Origin: Octopus sinensis
Lineage: Eukaryota
Direction: 5' to 3'
Assembly: GCF_006345805.1 (NCBI RefSeq)
Contig: NC_043015.1
Span: forward strand, 28,334,001 to 28,398,000
Length of the DNA: 64,000 nucleotides
Positions 1 through 11,837 of this stretch are shown in pieces; position 1 is the stretch's first letter; each line of letters opens with the position of its first letter. The position numbers and the translations under genes are program-made. The notes beneath the pieces are model-generated. The model searched no databases and was not told the DNA's origin. It saw nothing but the letters and a program-made list of their open reading frames with translations.

Positions 1-9
1 TAAAATGAA

Positions 10-425
10 GACGGCAAGCTGTTAGAATCGTTAGCAGGCCGGGTGAAATGCTTAACCGTATTTCGTCTGCTGTTACGTTCTGAGTTCAAATTCCGCCGAA
101 GTCGACTTTGATTTTCATCCTTTCAGGGTCGATAAATAAAGTACCAGTTACGCACTGCGGGTCGATGTAATCGACATAATCCCTTTGCCTGTCCTTGTTT
201 GTCCTCTCTATGTTTAGCCCCTTGTGGTCAATAAAGAAATAGGTATTTCGTCTGCCGTTACGTTCTAAGTTTAAATGTTGCCGTGGTCGACTTTGCCTTT
301 CATCCTTTCTGGGTCGATAAATTAAGTACCAGTTACGCACTGGGGTCGATGTAATCGACTTAATCCCTTTGTCTGTGCTTGTTTGTCCTCTCTATGTTTA
401 GCCCCTTGTGGGCAGTAAAGAAATA
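10..425 (+). mobile_element. SINE-A, head plus two tandem ~185-bp bodies
   Basis: Head ggcaagctgttagaatcgttagc, B-box-like gagttcaaattcc, body gcctttcatcctttc..ggtcgataaattaagtaccag repeated twice with junction aaagaaatag|gtatttcg. Confidence 0.85.
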
Positions 426-608
426 TGTATTTATAAAATGGTGGGAGGGAGTATCTGGGAGAAAAGGTAAGACAGTAGCGATGGATTACCGGACCAGATA
501 ATCATTGCTTTCATTATTCTAGCATTGGGTCGTCACTATGTTCGATGTTCAAATTTCGCCAAGGTCGACTTCACCTTTCATTCCTTCAGGGTCGATTAAA
601 TAAGTACC

Positions 609-838
609 TATTTCTTTAATACCCACAAAGGGCTAAACACAGAGGGGACAAACAAGGACAGACAAATGGACTAAGTTGATACATCGACCCCTTGCGCAAC
701 TGGTACTTAATTTATCGACCCCGAAAAGATGAAAGGCAAAGTCGACTTTGGCGGGATTTGAACTCAGAACGTAATGGTAGACGAAATACCGCTAAGCATT
801 TCGCCCGGCGTGCTAACGTTTCTGCCAGCTCGCCGCCT
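609..838 (-). mobile_element. SINE-A inserted antisense into an older A-related copy
   Basis: Reverse complement of the A consensus; 24-bp duplication ttcagggtcgattaaataagtacc at 585-608 and 845-868. Confidence 0.8.
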
Positions 839-1198
839 TATTTTTTCAGGGTCGATTAAATAAGTACCAGTTACGCACTGGGGTTGATGTAATCAACTTA
901 ATCTCCTCCCCCCAAGCTGCCCTTGTGAAAATCTGAAGTCATTGTTTTAGTATTGACCTTCTGATGTTTGCACAGATGAAAGAAGATTGTGCAACCTGTC
1001 GTGACATGTCCTGAAGCTTGGCTGCATTTTTGTTGTTAACTGCGAGCATGCGACACCACTGTATTGATAGCAAGGCTGTTTTGTTTACAGTTTGTGGACA
1101 TGTAAAAACAGGAAATGTACAAACTCACACAAACATGCATGCACACACACACACACATATACATTTTCTCTCTCTTTCTCTCTCCCTATATATATAGT

Positions 1199-1848
1199 CG
1201 CAGGGGTGGCTGTGTGGTAAGTAGCCTGCTTACGAACCACATGGTTCTCATCATCATTGTTCGACCGTGGTCAAGACAATGGGATTTACTATGCTACGCC
1301 AGACTTCATGGTCCATCATAGCACTACGGAGGTCCTGTTGCTGGATGCCTGTATCCCTGGAGATTACATCAGGGTAGGAGAGTGTGCACCCTCTGGTATT
1401 GTGAGTAGATGGCTTCCAGAGAAGAAGAGTAGAAATTACCTCGTTTTCAGCTCTATAACAATGTCCAGTCAACTGGACTCTCCTACCTTTCACATGGTTC
1501 TGGGTTCAGTCCCACTGTGTGGAACCTTGGGCAAGTGTCGTCTACTATAGCTTTGGGCCGACCAAAGCCTTGTGAGTGGATTTGGTAGACGGAAACTGAA
1601 AGAAGCCCGTCGTATATATATATATGCATGTGTGTGTATATGTTTGTGTGTCTGTGTTTGTCCCCCCAACATCGCTTGACAACCGATGCTGGTGTGTTTA
1701 CATCCCCGTAAATTAGCGGTTCAGCAAAAGAGACCGATAGAATAAGTACTAGGCTTACAAAGAGTAAGTCCTGGGGGTCGATTTGCTCGACTAAAGGCAG
1801 TGCCCCAGCATGGCCACAGTCAAGTGACTGAAACAAGTAAAAGAAAAA
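1199..1848 (+). mobile_element. SINE-B (~440 bp) interrupted by an RTE fragment
   Basis: A-box-like gtggctgtgtggtaag, B-box-like ggttcagtccc, internal TA/TG tract, 3' end gactgaaacaagtaaaaga; many copies in the window. Confidence 0.85.
1249..1490 (-). mobile_element. RTE-clade LINE 3' fragment (second RTE family)
   Basis: KGRRVQLTGHCYRAENEVISTLLLWKP...WRSIVNPIVLTTVEQ* followed by a TGA-repeat tail; 11-bp TSD cacatggttct at 1238-1248 and 1491-1501. Confidence 0.85.
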
Positions 1849-2734
1849 GAGACCAAGCTGTTTCTTCCGGAAGCACACGTGCTTATTTCATTACGACAAT
1901 CAACGTGTAAACCATTAGTTGCTGTTGTGCGTTAATCAAAATACTTATTAAAACTGAAAAATTATGGAAATCTTATTTGCAGAGTTATTTGTATAACAAA
2001 ACAGGAAGATAAAAAATGTTTGGTATTATTTATTCTCCATTACATGTGTTCCATTTGCTAATAGGAATTACAAAGACTTACATGTTAGATAGACATGTAA
2101 AGAATTTCCTATGACATGCTTCTTAAGTTTCTTTCTACCAGTTTCACTAACACGGTATTAGTCAACCTGTGGCTATAGTAAAGAATGTTAACTGACACTG
2201 TTCATGAGGCAGGATTGAACTCCTAACCATGTGGTTGCAAAGCGAGCTTTTTAACCACACAGCCATGCCTTGCCCCCTGCATGGTGGTGGTATAGCAGTT
2301 GATTTTCACTCAGATCAAGGAAACTAAATTTCCATTGAATTTTTCAGATTGTTGATATCTTTCAGCAGCAACTCTTGAAGGTCGTGTTACCATTTTTTTT
2401 AGGGATGGCAGTAGTCTTTGAAGTAAGAATATACAGAAGCAGAATAGATGCTGCAGGGCATCCTACCCAGCACTCTATCAGTTTTGCTAATCCACTGCCC
2501 TGGAGTGGTATTTTATTTTACTGCCCCCAAAGGTATGAAAGGCAAAGTTGGCTTTAGCTGGACTTGAACTGAGATTACAGAGAGTATGAACAAATAATGC
2601 AACGCATTCTATTTAACACTATAATGATCCTGGCTGTGTGTGTGCACATGCATTTATATGTGTGTGTGTGTATGTTTATATATACAGACATACCTCAGCT
2701 TAAGTCGTTTTGATTTAAGTCATTCTCAATTATA

Positions 2735-3137
2735 TACTCTTTTACTCTTTTACTTGTTTCAGTCATTTGACTGCGGCCATGCTGGAGCATTGCCTTTAAT
2801 CGAGCAACTCGACCCCGGGACTTATTCTTTTGTAAGCCCAGTACTTATTCTATCGGTCTCTTTTGCCGAACTGCTAAGTTACGGGGGACATAAACAAACC
2901 AGCATCGGTTGTCAAGCAATGCTAGGGGGACAAACACAGACACACATACGCATATGTATATACATATATACGATGGGCTTCTTTCAGTTTCCGCCTACCA
3001 ATCCACTCACAAGGCTTTGGTCGGCCCGAGGCTATAGTAGAAGAGACACTTGACCAAGGTGCCACGCAGTAGGACTGAACTTGGAACCATGTGGTTGGTA
3101 AACAAGCTACTTACCACACAGCCACTCCTGCGCCTAT
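2735..3137 (-). mobile_element. SINE-B
   Basis: Full-length reverse-complement match to other B copies. Confidence 0.85.
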
Positions 3138-3382
3138 GTTGGTTTCCAAAAATAATATATGGAAAAATAAAAATCAAGTTAAGTCATTTTACTCGACTTT
3201 ACGTCTGTCTGCTACAAATATTCGATTCGTAAAATCACTAGAAAACCATTAAAAGCATATAAAATCATTTTACTGTACAATAAATAAGAATAAACACATA
3301 TAAAATCATATTAAAATGCTTACAGTAAATGTTAAGATACATACTATAGTGTAGTAGTGTAGCTTTGTGAACCAAATCACTG

Positions 3383-3782
3383 TTTCAGTCTTTTGACTGC
3401 GGCCATGCTGGAGCACCGCCTTTAGTCGAGCAAATCGACCCCGGGACTTATTCTTTTTGTAAGCCCAGTACTTATTCTATCGGTCTCCTTTGCCAAACCG
3501 CTAAGTGACGGGGACGTAAACACACCAGCATCGGTTGTCAAGCAATGCTAGGGGGAACAAACACAGACACACAAACATACACACACGCATACATATATAT
3601 ATATACATACATATATACGACAGGCTTCTTTCAGTTTCTGTCTACCAAATCCACTCACAAGGCTTTGGTTGGCCCGGGGCTATAGCAGAAGACACTTGCC
3701 CAAGATGCCACTCAGTGGGACTGAACCCAGAACCATGTGGCTGGTTAGCAAGCTACTTACCACACAGCCACTCCTGCGCCTA
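3383..3782 (-). mobile_element. SINE-B
   Basis: Reverse-complement match to other B copies. Confidence 0.85.
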
Positions 3783-4206
3783 TTGGTAAATTTAGAATAA
3801 TTTATTTTTTTCTTACTATTGTGAAATGATAATAATTACTGGATTTGTTTTTGAAGCTTAAAAAAGGCTTTTATTTTACCATGTCTTATTGCAAACTGCA
3901 TTCATAACTAACGCATCCACAATGTATGGTAAACGCCACCAAATTGTATTCGTAAATTTAGATTACTTTCCTTTTTTATTGTGCTGCATTAAAAAAAAAA
4001 AAAAATTATTTGTTTGTAAGCTTAAAATAGGTTTTTATTGACCATGTATTATTGAAAATGCATTCATAAATAAAGTACAGAACTGGGAATGGTTTTTATC
4101 AGTTTAGCCTAGAGACAAGTTAATTTGACTTAAGTCGTGTCTCCTGGAACCAATTATCAACGTAGGGTGAGGTATACCCGTATATATATATATATATATA
4201 TATATT

Positions 4207-4393
4207 TCAAAATGTGACCTCGTGTGTACCGTTGGCGATTTTTTTTCCTCTGTCTTCCCTTCTCCTATGTTTCCGACGAAGAGCTCCGCTTGAAACGTTA
4301 AACCCTCCTTCTTTCCTTAGCGTTCAATAATACTATATTTGTTCCACGTCCTTGCGTTGTTGTGTTTTTTTGTGTTTTCTTGTTTGGATTAAC

Positions 4394-4395
<2 letters not shown>
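4207..4395 (+). mobile_element. Penelope-like element terminal remnant with hammerhead-like motif
   Basis: gttt-ccgacga-a-gagc-tcc-gctt-gaaa-cg-tt-aaac at 4269-4303; minimal hammerheads are a known feature of Penelope-like termini. Confidence 0.5.
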
Positions 4396-4453
<58 letters not shown>

Positions 4454-4470
4454 GTATATATATTTATTGC

Positions 4471-4661
4471 GGAGACCCCTTCAGTCATGACTATGGGATT
4501 GCACCTAGGAAGTTACCCTCCCAGGCACAAGTCTCCCCTTTCCACGCCATCAGTGTTATCCAAGGGAAAGGCAAAGGGGCCGATACACCTTGGCACCTGT
4601 GACGTTGCAATTCATTTCTACAGCTCTAGTGAATTGGAGCAACGTGAAATAAAGTGTCTTG
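4471..4661 (-). mobile_element. SINE-E (CORE-like), partial
   Basis: Matches the 3' part of the copy at 49410-49750. Confidence 0.7.
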
Positions 4662-4842
4662 CAATAATATGGTGGTTGTTGAGTGGCCTCTGTGGAGCCC
4701 GGATTTGAATCTGATAGAAACCCATGCCATAATGAAAGATGGACTGAGCCAATCATGTCAAGCCCATTACTTATTTCAGTCTGATACCAATTTTGTTGAG
4801 CTGCTAATTTACAGGGCTTAAAGGGACAGCTTATATATATAC

Positions 4843-5259
4843 TCTACTCTTTACTCTTTTACTTGTTTCAGTCATTTGACTGCGGCCATGCTGGAGCACC
4901 GCCTTTAATCGAGCAACTTGACCCCGGGACTTATTCTTTTGTAAGCCCAGTACTTATTCTATCGGTCTCTTTTGCCAACCTGCCAAGTGACGGGGATATA
5001 AACACACCAGCATTGGTTGTCAAGCGATGTTGGGGGGACAAACACGGACACACAAACATACACACGCATATATATATATATATATATATATACATACATA
5101 CATATATTCAACGGGCTTCTTTCAGTTTCCGTCTACCAAATCCACTCACAAGGCTTTGGTCGGCCCGCAGCTATAGTAGAAGACACTTGCCCAAGGTGCC
5201 ACACAGTGGGACTGAACCTGGAACCATGTGGTTGGTAAACAAGCTACTTACCACACAGC
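4843..5259 (-). mobile_element. SINE-B
   Basis: Reverse-complement match, tail tactcttttactctttt. Confidence 0.85.
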
Positions 5260-5496
5260 ATAACACCAGATTTTAGATTGGTGCAAAAATTAACACTTGC
5301 ACAACAATGTTTTGCGAGGTAGTGATCAGCCTAAGGCTCATGAAGCCTTGCCTGGAACCTCTCCTGGGCCTCAGTAAATTGCAGTTATAGAACTGGTAGT
5401 ATTTTACCCAAGAGCCATAATATCTTAGTTCTCTGCCTCACAAATAACATAAAACTCTCCCATATTGTAATAATGACACCTACAATTTTCTCTGCA

Positions 5497-5903
5497 TCTC
5501 TTCTCTCTATATATAAACGGCAGTTTGTGTGTCTGTGTGGCTGTCGGGTTGTACCCTCACCCTGATCACAGCTTTCAACCGATTCTGATGAAACTTGACA
5601 CACACATAGCCCAATGTCATAATTCAAAACTAATGCAGCGAAAATTTTGAAAAGTTCCCCCAGTTCTGAAAAAAAAATCGATAAATTCGACATTGGGTCG
5701 AGAATCTAAGCTTTTTATATGCAACACATTTTCTGTCGGGAGACAGCTAGGAACATCGTATACATAGAAGTATTCGAGTGAAGAGAAGACATTGCAACCT
5801 ACACATGCGCCTTCGTTCCCTGGAGGGAAAGAACTAGATTGGGATTAGTCGTTGCCTACTAGGGGCTCTTACATACTCGGGCAACGCCGGGCTATGCTGC
5901 TAG
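5497..5903 (+). mobile_element. Non-autonomous Helitron
   Basis: Starts TC after A (5496), contains tctatatataaa, ends with GC-rich imperfect hairpin cgggcaacgccggg then CTAG followed by T (5904); no TSD. Confidence 0.7.
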
Positions 5904-6594
5904 TAACATTATAAAATTAACAATGTTCAGTCCAAAAAATATTCATTCGACATCTCGCAAAAGACACTTGAACTTTTATCAGACTCTCCTCCCCATCTGA
6001 ATTTTTTCTCGAAGCTCACCGGAAATCAGATCAAACAGAAATATATAAATAGAACTGGCTCAAAATTCTTTCAATGCAACAAGACAAAGACGTGAAAATG
6101 TAAAGCTAAAGGCCAAAATTTATATAATTTCCAGGGACAAAAAGATTCTGATAAGATTGGGAGCAAAGGTTACAAATCATTCATATTAACAAATCCCACT
6201 TAAAAAAGGATACCCTTAGAAATTGAGAATGAAATACAACACTCCCATGAAATGAAGGGAAAGCTGAACGGGAAACCAGGTCTGTAGAAAGCATAAAGGC
6301 AGCCTAAACTTTGGTACTAATTTGCAAAACAAATCAGCTTTAGTGCTTCTTTGCTGGGTCGTATCTTCCAAGGAAACGGCTGGCTGGCTATGGTCCCTCA
6401 AAGGATAGGGGAACTACCAAATAATCATCATCATCATCAACATTTAGCATCTGTTTTCCATGCTGGCATGGGCTGGATGGCTTGACAGGAATTGGTATGG
6501 CCAGGGTTGCACTAGATTCCTTAATCTGTTTTGGCTTGGAATCGAAATTGAACCAATCCTATGACTGGCACCCGGCAGATGCCAGGACCCCTGG

Positions 6595-6908
6595 ACTGGA
6601 GATACGTAAAAAGCACTATCCGAACGTGGCTGATGCCAGCGCCGCCTCGACTGGCTTTCGTGCCGGTGGCACGTAAAATGCACCAATCCGACCGTGGCCG
6701 ATGCCAGCCTCACCTGGCATCTGTGCAGGTGGCACGTAAAAAGCACCCACTACACTCATGGAGTGGTTGGCGTCAGGAAGGGCATCCAGCTGTAGAAACA
6801 TTGCCAGATAAGACCGGAGCCTGGTGCAGCCTTCAGGCTTCCCAGACCCCAGTTGAACCGTCCAACCCATGCTAGCATGGAGAACGGACGTTAAACGATG
6901 ATGATGAT
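6595..6908 (+). mobile_element. RTE LINE 3' UTR (family C), 5'-truncated
   Basis: Ends ccatgctagcatgg..ggacgttaaacgatgatgatgatg; an oppositely oriented stub lies at about 6424-6545. Confidence 0.8.
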
Positions 6909-7164
6909 GTACAGCTAGATGCCTTTCCTAATGCCAACCACTCTACAAAGCATACTGGGTGCTTTTTTTAAATAGCACCATTGCCAGTGCTTTTTAAGTG
7001 GCACCACAGCACCAGTGCTTTTTTTTTACATGACACTAGCACCCCACCCACACCGATGCTTTTTATGTGGCACCTTGGTTTTAGGATTTCAGTTCTGTTG
7101 TGGTGGGCAGCAACACACCATTTATCTCAGTCCTCTGTCATTCAAAATTATTTTCACTGTCTTC

Positions 7165-7890
7165 TTCATCATCATCATCGTTTAGCATCCGCTTTCCATG
7201 CTAGCATGGGTTGGACGGTTCAACTGGGGTCTGGGAAGCCAGAAAGCTGCACCAGGCCCAGTCTGATCTGGCAATGTTTCTACAGCTGGATGCCCTTCCT
7301 AAAGCCAACCACTCCGTGAGTATAGTGGGTGCTTTTTACGTGCCACCAGCATAGGTGCCAGACGGGGCTGGCAAACGGCCACGATCGGATGGTGCTTTTT
7401 ACATGCCACTGGCACGGAGACCAGACGAGGCTGGCAACGGCCACGATTGGATGGTCCTTTTTACGTGCCACCGGCACAGAGACCAGACGAGGCTGGCAAA
7501 CGGCCACGATCGGATGGTGCTTTTTATGTGCCACCGGCACGGAGGCCAGATGAGGCTGGCAACGGCCACGATCGGATTGTGCTTTTTACATGCCACTGGC
7601 ACGGAGACCAGACGAGGCTGGCAAACGGCCACGATCGGATGGTGCTTTTTACATGCCACTGGCACGGAGACCAGACGAGGCTGGCAAATGGCCACGATCG
7701 GATGGTGCTTTTTATGTGCCACTGGCACGGAGACCAGACGAGGTTGGCAATGTTCACGATTGGATGGTGCTTTTTACGTGCCACCGGCACGGAGGCCAGT
7801 CAGGGCGGCGCTGGCTACGGCCACGTTCGGATGATTCTCTTACGTGCCACCGGCACTGGTATCACAGCTACAAATTCCATTGATGTTGAT
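7165..7890 (-). mobile_element. Family C with about 8 tandem 62-bp units
   Basis: (CAT)n tail at left; units gtgctttttacgtgccaccggcac..ggccacgatcggatg at about 7330-7860. Confidence 0.85.
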
Positions 7891-7959
7891 TGATTACAAT
7901 TTTGATTCAATGGTAATAAAAATACAAATAAACCAGATGGGAGTTTTTTTACAACTTTC

Positions 7960-8455
7960 CACTGGGAAGTGGCAGCCTTTGATTGAAAGGAGAAAGATCA
8001 GTGTAGATAAAATGAGCCCAAGCTTGGCAAACCCTATTGGTTTTCAAATTCTCAACAGTTCTGTTAAAAATATGCAAAATGTCTCTTGCAAGACCAGTCG
8101 AGATTCTTGCAAGTGACTAGCTTCTCAAGAAGCTGAGAGAATGCTAAATCCTGTTTATAATAAACAAAGTGGAACAGCTGATAAGAATTACAATCCCATC
8201 TCTTTCTGACTTCGCATACCAGTAAAATTCTGGAACAAATTAGCACAGATAAAGTAGTTACAGTCTCAGAAGAAATCGGCTTCCTAAGCGACACTGAGTG
8301 CAGTTTCCATCTTGGTAGACATTCTCACGCATAGCTTCTACATCATTACGATGAAAGATTGAAGCAGCTACTATTTCAGACGTTGACGTGGTATATCTTG
8401 ACTCCTTCAACATGTTTCATTGTGATTCCATGTCACAGCGTCATAAGCTCTGTAA
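7960..8455 (+). pseudogene. Degenerate CR1/L2-type reverse transcriptase fragment
   Basis: Frameshifted motifs NYNPIS/LTSHTSKILEQI (cf. NYRPISLTS..KILE) and DVDVVYLDSFNMF (cf. VDVVYLDFSKAFD). Confidence 0.6.
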
Positions 8456-8457
8456 TG

Positions 8458-8504
<47 letters not shown>

Positions 8505-9100
8505 GTTTAACATCCATTTTCCATGCTAGCATGGGTTGGACGGTTCAACTGGGGTCTGGGAAGCCAGAAGGCTGCGCCAGGCCCAGTCTGATCTGGCAAT
8601 GTTTCTACAGCTGGATGCCCTTCCTAACGCCAACCACTCCGAGAGTGTAGTGGGTGCTTTTTATGTGCCACCTGCACAGGTGCCAGGTGAGGCTGGCAAA
8701 CAGCCACGATCGGATAGTGCTTTTTACGTGCCACCGGCACGGGGGCCAGACGAGGCTGGCAATGGCCACAATCAGATGGTGCTTTTTACGTGCCACCGGC
8801 ACGGAGGCCAGTCGGGGCGGTGCTGGCAACGGCCACGTTCCGATGGTTCTCTTACGTGCCACCGGCACTGGTATCTCAGCTACAATTTCCATTGATGTTG
8901 AATGATTTCGATTTTGATTTCCACTTGCCTCAACAGGTCTTCACAAGTAGGGTTTGTGTCACAAGAAGGAAAGGTATGCATAAGTGGGCTGGCTATGTCC
9001 CAGGTAGAGGCCACGGGTTATAATCTCACTTGTCTTGCCGGGTCTTCCCACGCACAGCATACTTCCAAAGGTCTCAGTTTCTGGTCTCTGGTCATCCTAG
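8458..9100 (-). mobile_element. Family C including the end of RTE ORF2
   Basis: Long (CAT)n tail; 5' part reads gagacctttggaagtatgctgtgcgtgggaagacccggcaagacaagtga (DLWKYAVRGKTRQDK*). Confidence 0.8.
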
Positions 9101-9169
9101 TTTGAAAACTAGAAGTACCTTAAAGAAAAATGTTGAGATCATTATTGTTCTTTAATAATTCTCTGAGGT

Positions 9170-9265
9170 ATGTCTTCATTTACGTTATTTACATTCGACG
9201 GATATTTGTCCTCGTCTTGTTTGTTGTTAACTCAACATTTCATCTGATATACCCTCCAGCCTTCT
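9170..9265 (-). mobile_element. Possible Penelope-like terminal fragment
   Basis: Minus strand aggctg-gagggtatat-cagat-gaaatgtt resembles hammerhead stem II plus GAAA; degenerate, first core box missing. Confidence 0.35.
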
Positions 9266-9715
9266 GGCATATGGTTTAGTGGTTAGGGCAGTGGTTTTCA
9301 ACCAGGGTTCCGCCAGTACAGCCCAGGGGTTCCGCAAGAAGTTACAAAACTGCTAAAATCGGCAGTTAATTTTTAATTCTCCTGTGCAGATATGTGTGCA
9401 TAAGACTATTAAATTATTGCGCAGGGGTTCCCCGAGCCAGTGGAATGTTTCCTTGGGGTTCCGCTCCAGCAAAAAGTTCAAAAAGCACTGGGTTAGGGTA
9501 TTGGACTCTTGATCATAAGATTGTGGTTTCGATTCCTGGACAAAGCGACACATTGTATTCTTTAGCAAAACACTTCATTTCACGTTGCTACAGTCCACTC
9601 ACCTGGCAAAAATGAGTAATCCTGTGACTGACCGGCGCCCTGTCCAGGTGTGGAATATATATGCCATGAAACCGGGAAACTGGCCCTTGTAAGCTTGTAT
9701 GACTCCCAGAAGGTA
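9266..9715 (+). mobile_element. SINE-E (CORE-like) carrying a hAT MITE
   Basis: Head tggtttagtggttaggg, B-box-like ggtttcgattcc, CORE-like ttagcaaaacacttcatttcacgttgctacagtccactc. Confidence 0.7.
9289..9490. mobile_element. hAT (Charlie-like) MITE
   Basis: Imperfect TIRs cagtggttttcaac / gttcaaaaagcactg; 8-bp TSD ggttaggg at 9281-9288 and 9491-9498. Confidence 0.8.
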
Positions 9716-9840
9716 ACATATTTTTTTTCAGTGTAGAACTATTTGTCCTTCTTCCTGTTCACCTTGGTCTTGGTTGAGGTTCTCAGAAAGGAATCGGTAT
9801 GATACGTATCTCAGTGTACTTGGGCTTAATTAGCAGCATA

Positions 9841-10011
9841 GGCGCAGGAGTGGCTGTGTGGTAAGTAGCTTGCTTACCAACCACATGGTTTCGGGTTCAG
9901 TCCCACTGCGTGGCATCTTGGGCAAGTGTCTTCTGCTATAGCCTCGGGCCGACCAAAGCCTTGTGAGTGGATTTGGTAGACGGAAACTGAAAGAAGCCCG
10001 TCGTATATATG

Positions 10012-10074
<63 letters not shown>

Positions 10075-10297
10075 TGTGTGTGTTTGTATGTCTGTGTTTG
10101 TCCCCCTAGCATTGCTTGACAACCGATGCTGGTGTGTTTACGTCCCCGTTACTTAGCGGTTCGGCAAAAGAGACCGATAGAATAAGTACTGGGCTTACAA
10201 AAGAATAAGTCCTGGGGGGTTGATTTCTTCGACTAAAGGCGGTGCTCCAGCATGGCCGCAGTCAAATGACTGAAAACAAGTAAAAGAGTAAAGAGTA
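9841..10297 (+). mobile_element. SINE-B, full length
   Basis: Head through the gagtaaa tail. Confidence 0.9.
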
Positions 10298-10773
10298 TAT
10301 GCTTCAGCTGACCAAATTATTCTTTTGCTTCTCGCCAGATGTAAATCGTCCTGCTCTTATCACATTTGACTTGTACCTGTTGCCCTGTTGTGCACCACAT
10401 CTGACTGTGGACACCACTACATTGAGCTGCTTGCCACTGGCCCTCATTCACTTGCAGGGATCGTCTCTAATGATATGCTGGACTTTACTGGATGACCTCA
10501 GCCTTTATGGATGACATCTGACCACTGAAACTCTTTCTTTCTCTTGACATATGGTGGTGACATGTCTCCAATAGAAGCTTTCAATTTTTGTCTTGATTTT
10601 AAATGCAAAGGACCTGGCTATGTTAAAGTCAATGTGGTTGACATTTAGGGCCATGAACATGGAGTGTTTTCCTGTGTTTTATTGAATTTTGCTATGTTTC
10701 CATGTCGATGCTTTTGATAAATATGAAAGGTAAATGAGAAATTTAAGATTTGGCTTGTTCCATATAAGAGTAT

Positions 10774-11111
10774 TCTTTTATTCTTTTACTTGTTTCAGTC
10801 ATTTGACTGTGGCCATGCTGGAGCACCGACTTTAGTTGATGCAAATCGACCCCAGGACTTATTCTTTGTACGCCTAGTATTATTCTATCGGTATCTTTTG
10901 CCGAACTGCTAAGTTACGCAGACGTTAACACCAGCATCGGTTGTCAAGCAATGGTGAGGGGACAAACACAAACACACACACATATATATAAATAGGTGAA
11001 TGAATTATCCTATGGATTCCTTTGGAATGAAAACACGTTGTCTTCGAAACATATGTCGAGAGTAGAGGAATTTTATTAACATCTTTGTTCGACTCCATTC
11101 TTTCATTTATT

Positions 11112-11201
<90 letters not shown>

Positions 11202-11378
11202 TATACATATATACGACGGGCTTCTTTCAGTTTCCCTCTACCAAATCCACTCACATGGCTTTGGTCGGCCCGAGGCTATAGTAGAAGACACTTGCCCAAG
11301 GTGCCACGCAGTGGGACTGAACCCAGAACTATGTGGTTGGAAAGCAAGCTACTTACCACACAGCCACTCCTGCGCCTA
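10774..11378 (-). mobile_element. SINE-B with expanded central region
   Basis: 3' half at 10774-10985, 5' half at about 11190-11378, separated by unique sequence and (TA)n. Confidence 0.75.
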
Positions 11379-11837
11379 TGTTAGTTTCATTTCAATTTAT
11401 GTTCTGTTGAAATAGCTTTGGCAAATATCTGGTGCACATATATATGTGTTTGTGTGTTTGTGTGTATCCCTAACCCTAACCCTCATCACACCCTGCTATT
11501 CCTTCACCCTCACCAAACTGATATTCCCTGTGTTCACCTCAATCCCCATCTCTGTTTATCATACTCTTTTCATGCTCTTACAAACTTACCTACACACTCA
11601 CTCTTTCTGCCTCATTCTCTCCTTTTGCCTTGGTGCGTTTTACGTCCATTTTTCCATTCTAGCATGGGTTAGATGAATATGTCATTGAGGCATTGTTTTA
11701 TAGCCTGATGCTCACCCTGATGTTAACTACTACCTGGTTTTTAAGTAAGGAATCTCTTATTCCACTATGCTTCAAAGGCATGAGTTGAGTAGCAGATATA
11801 AACACACACACACAGATACAGAAGAAAGGGCTGAGAA

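Noticed and set aside
960-1110. Protein-like minus frame (LLSIQWCRMLAVNNKNAAKLQ...)
   Set aside because: No convincing acceptor and donor pair and no recognisable family
2348-2380. Plus-strand mini-exon IVDIFQQQLLK
   Set aside because: Good acceptor but weak donor (GTCGTG) and no partner exons; cannot be supported
2640-5276. Recurring ORFs such as [31 protein letters not shown] and FQSFDCGHAGAPP
   Set aside because: Chance open frames in SINE-B, repeated at each copy in the window
5583-5596. CTGATGA-AAC as a hammerhead core
   Set aside because: No stem II between the boxes; internal Helitron sequence
7330-7860. CRISPR-like array of palindromic repeats
   Set aside because: Units are head-to-tail with no unique spacers, lie in an RTE 3' UTR, and there are no cas genes
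7355-7893. Overlapping repetitive ORFs (MVLFTCHRH, PPARRPDEAG)
   Set aside because: Readings of the 62-bp tandem units in several frames; no coding signal
9134-9143. bantam-like miRNA start TGAGATCATT (also 56021-56030)
   Set aside because: Only 10 nt match and no hairpin partner is visible
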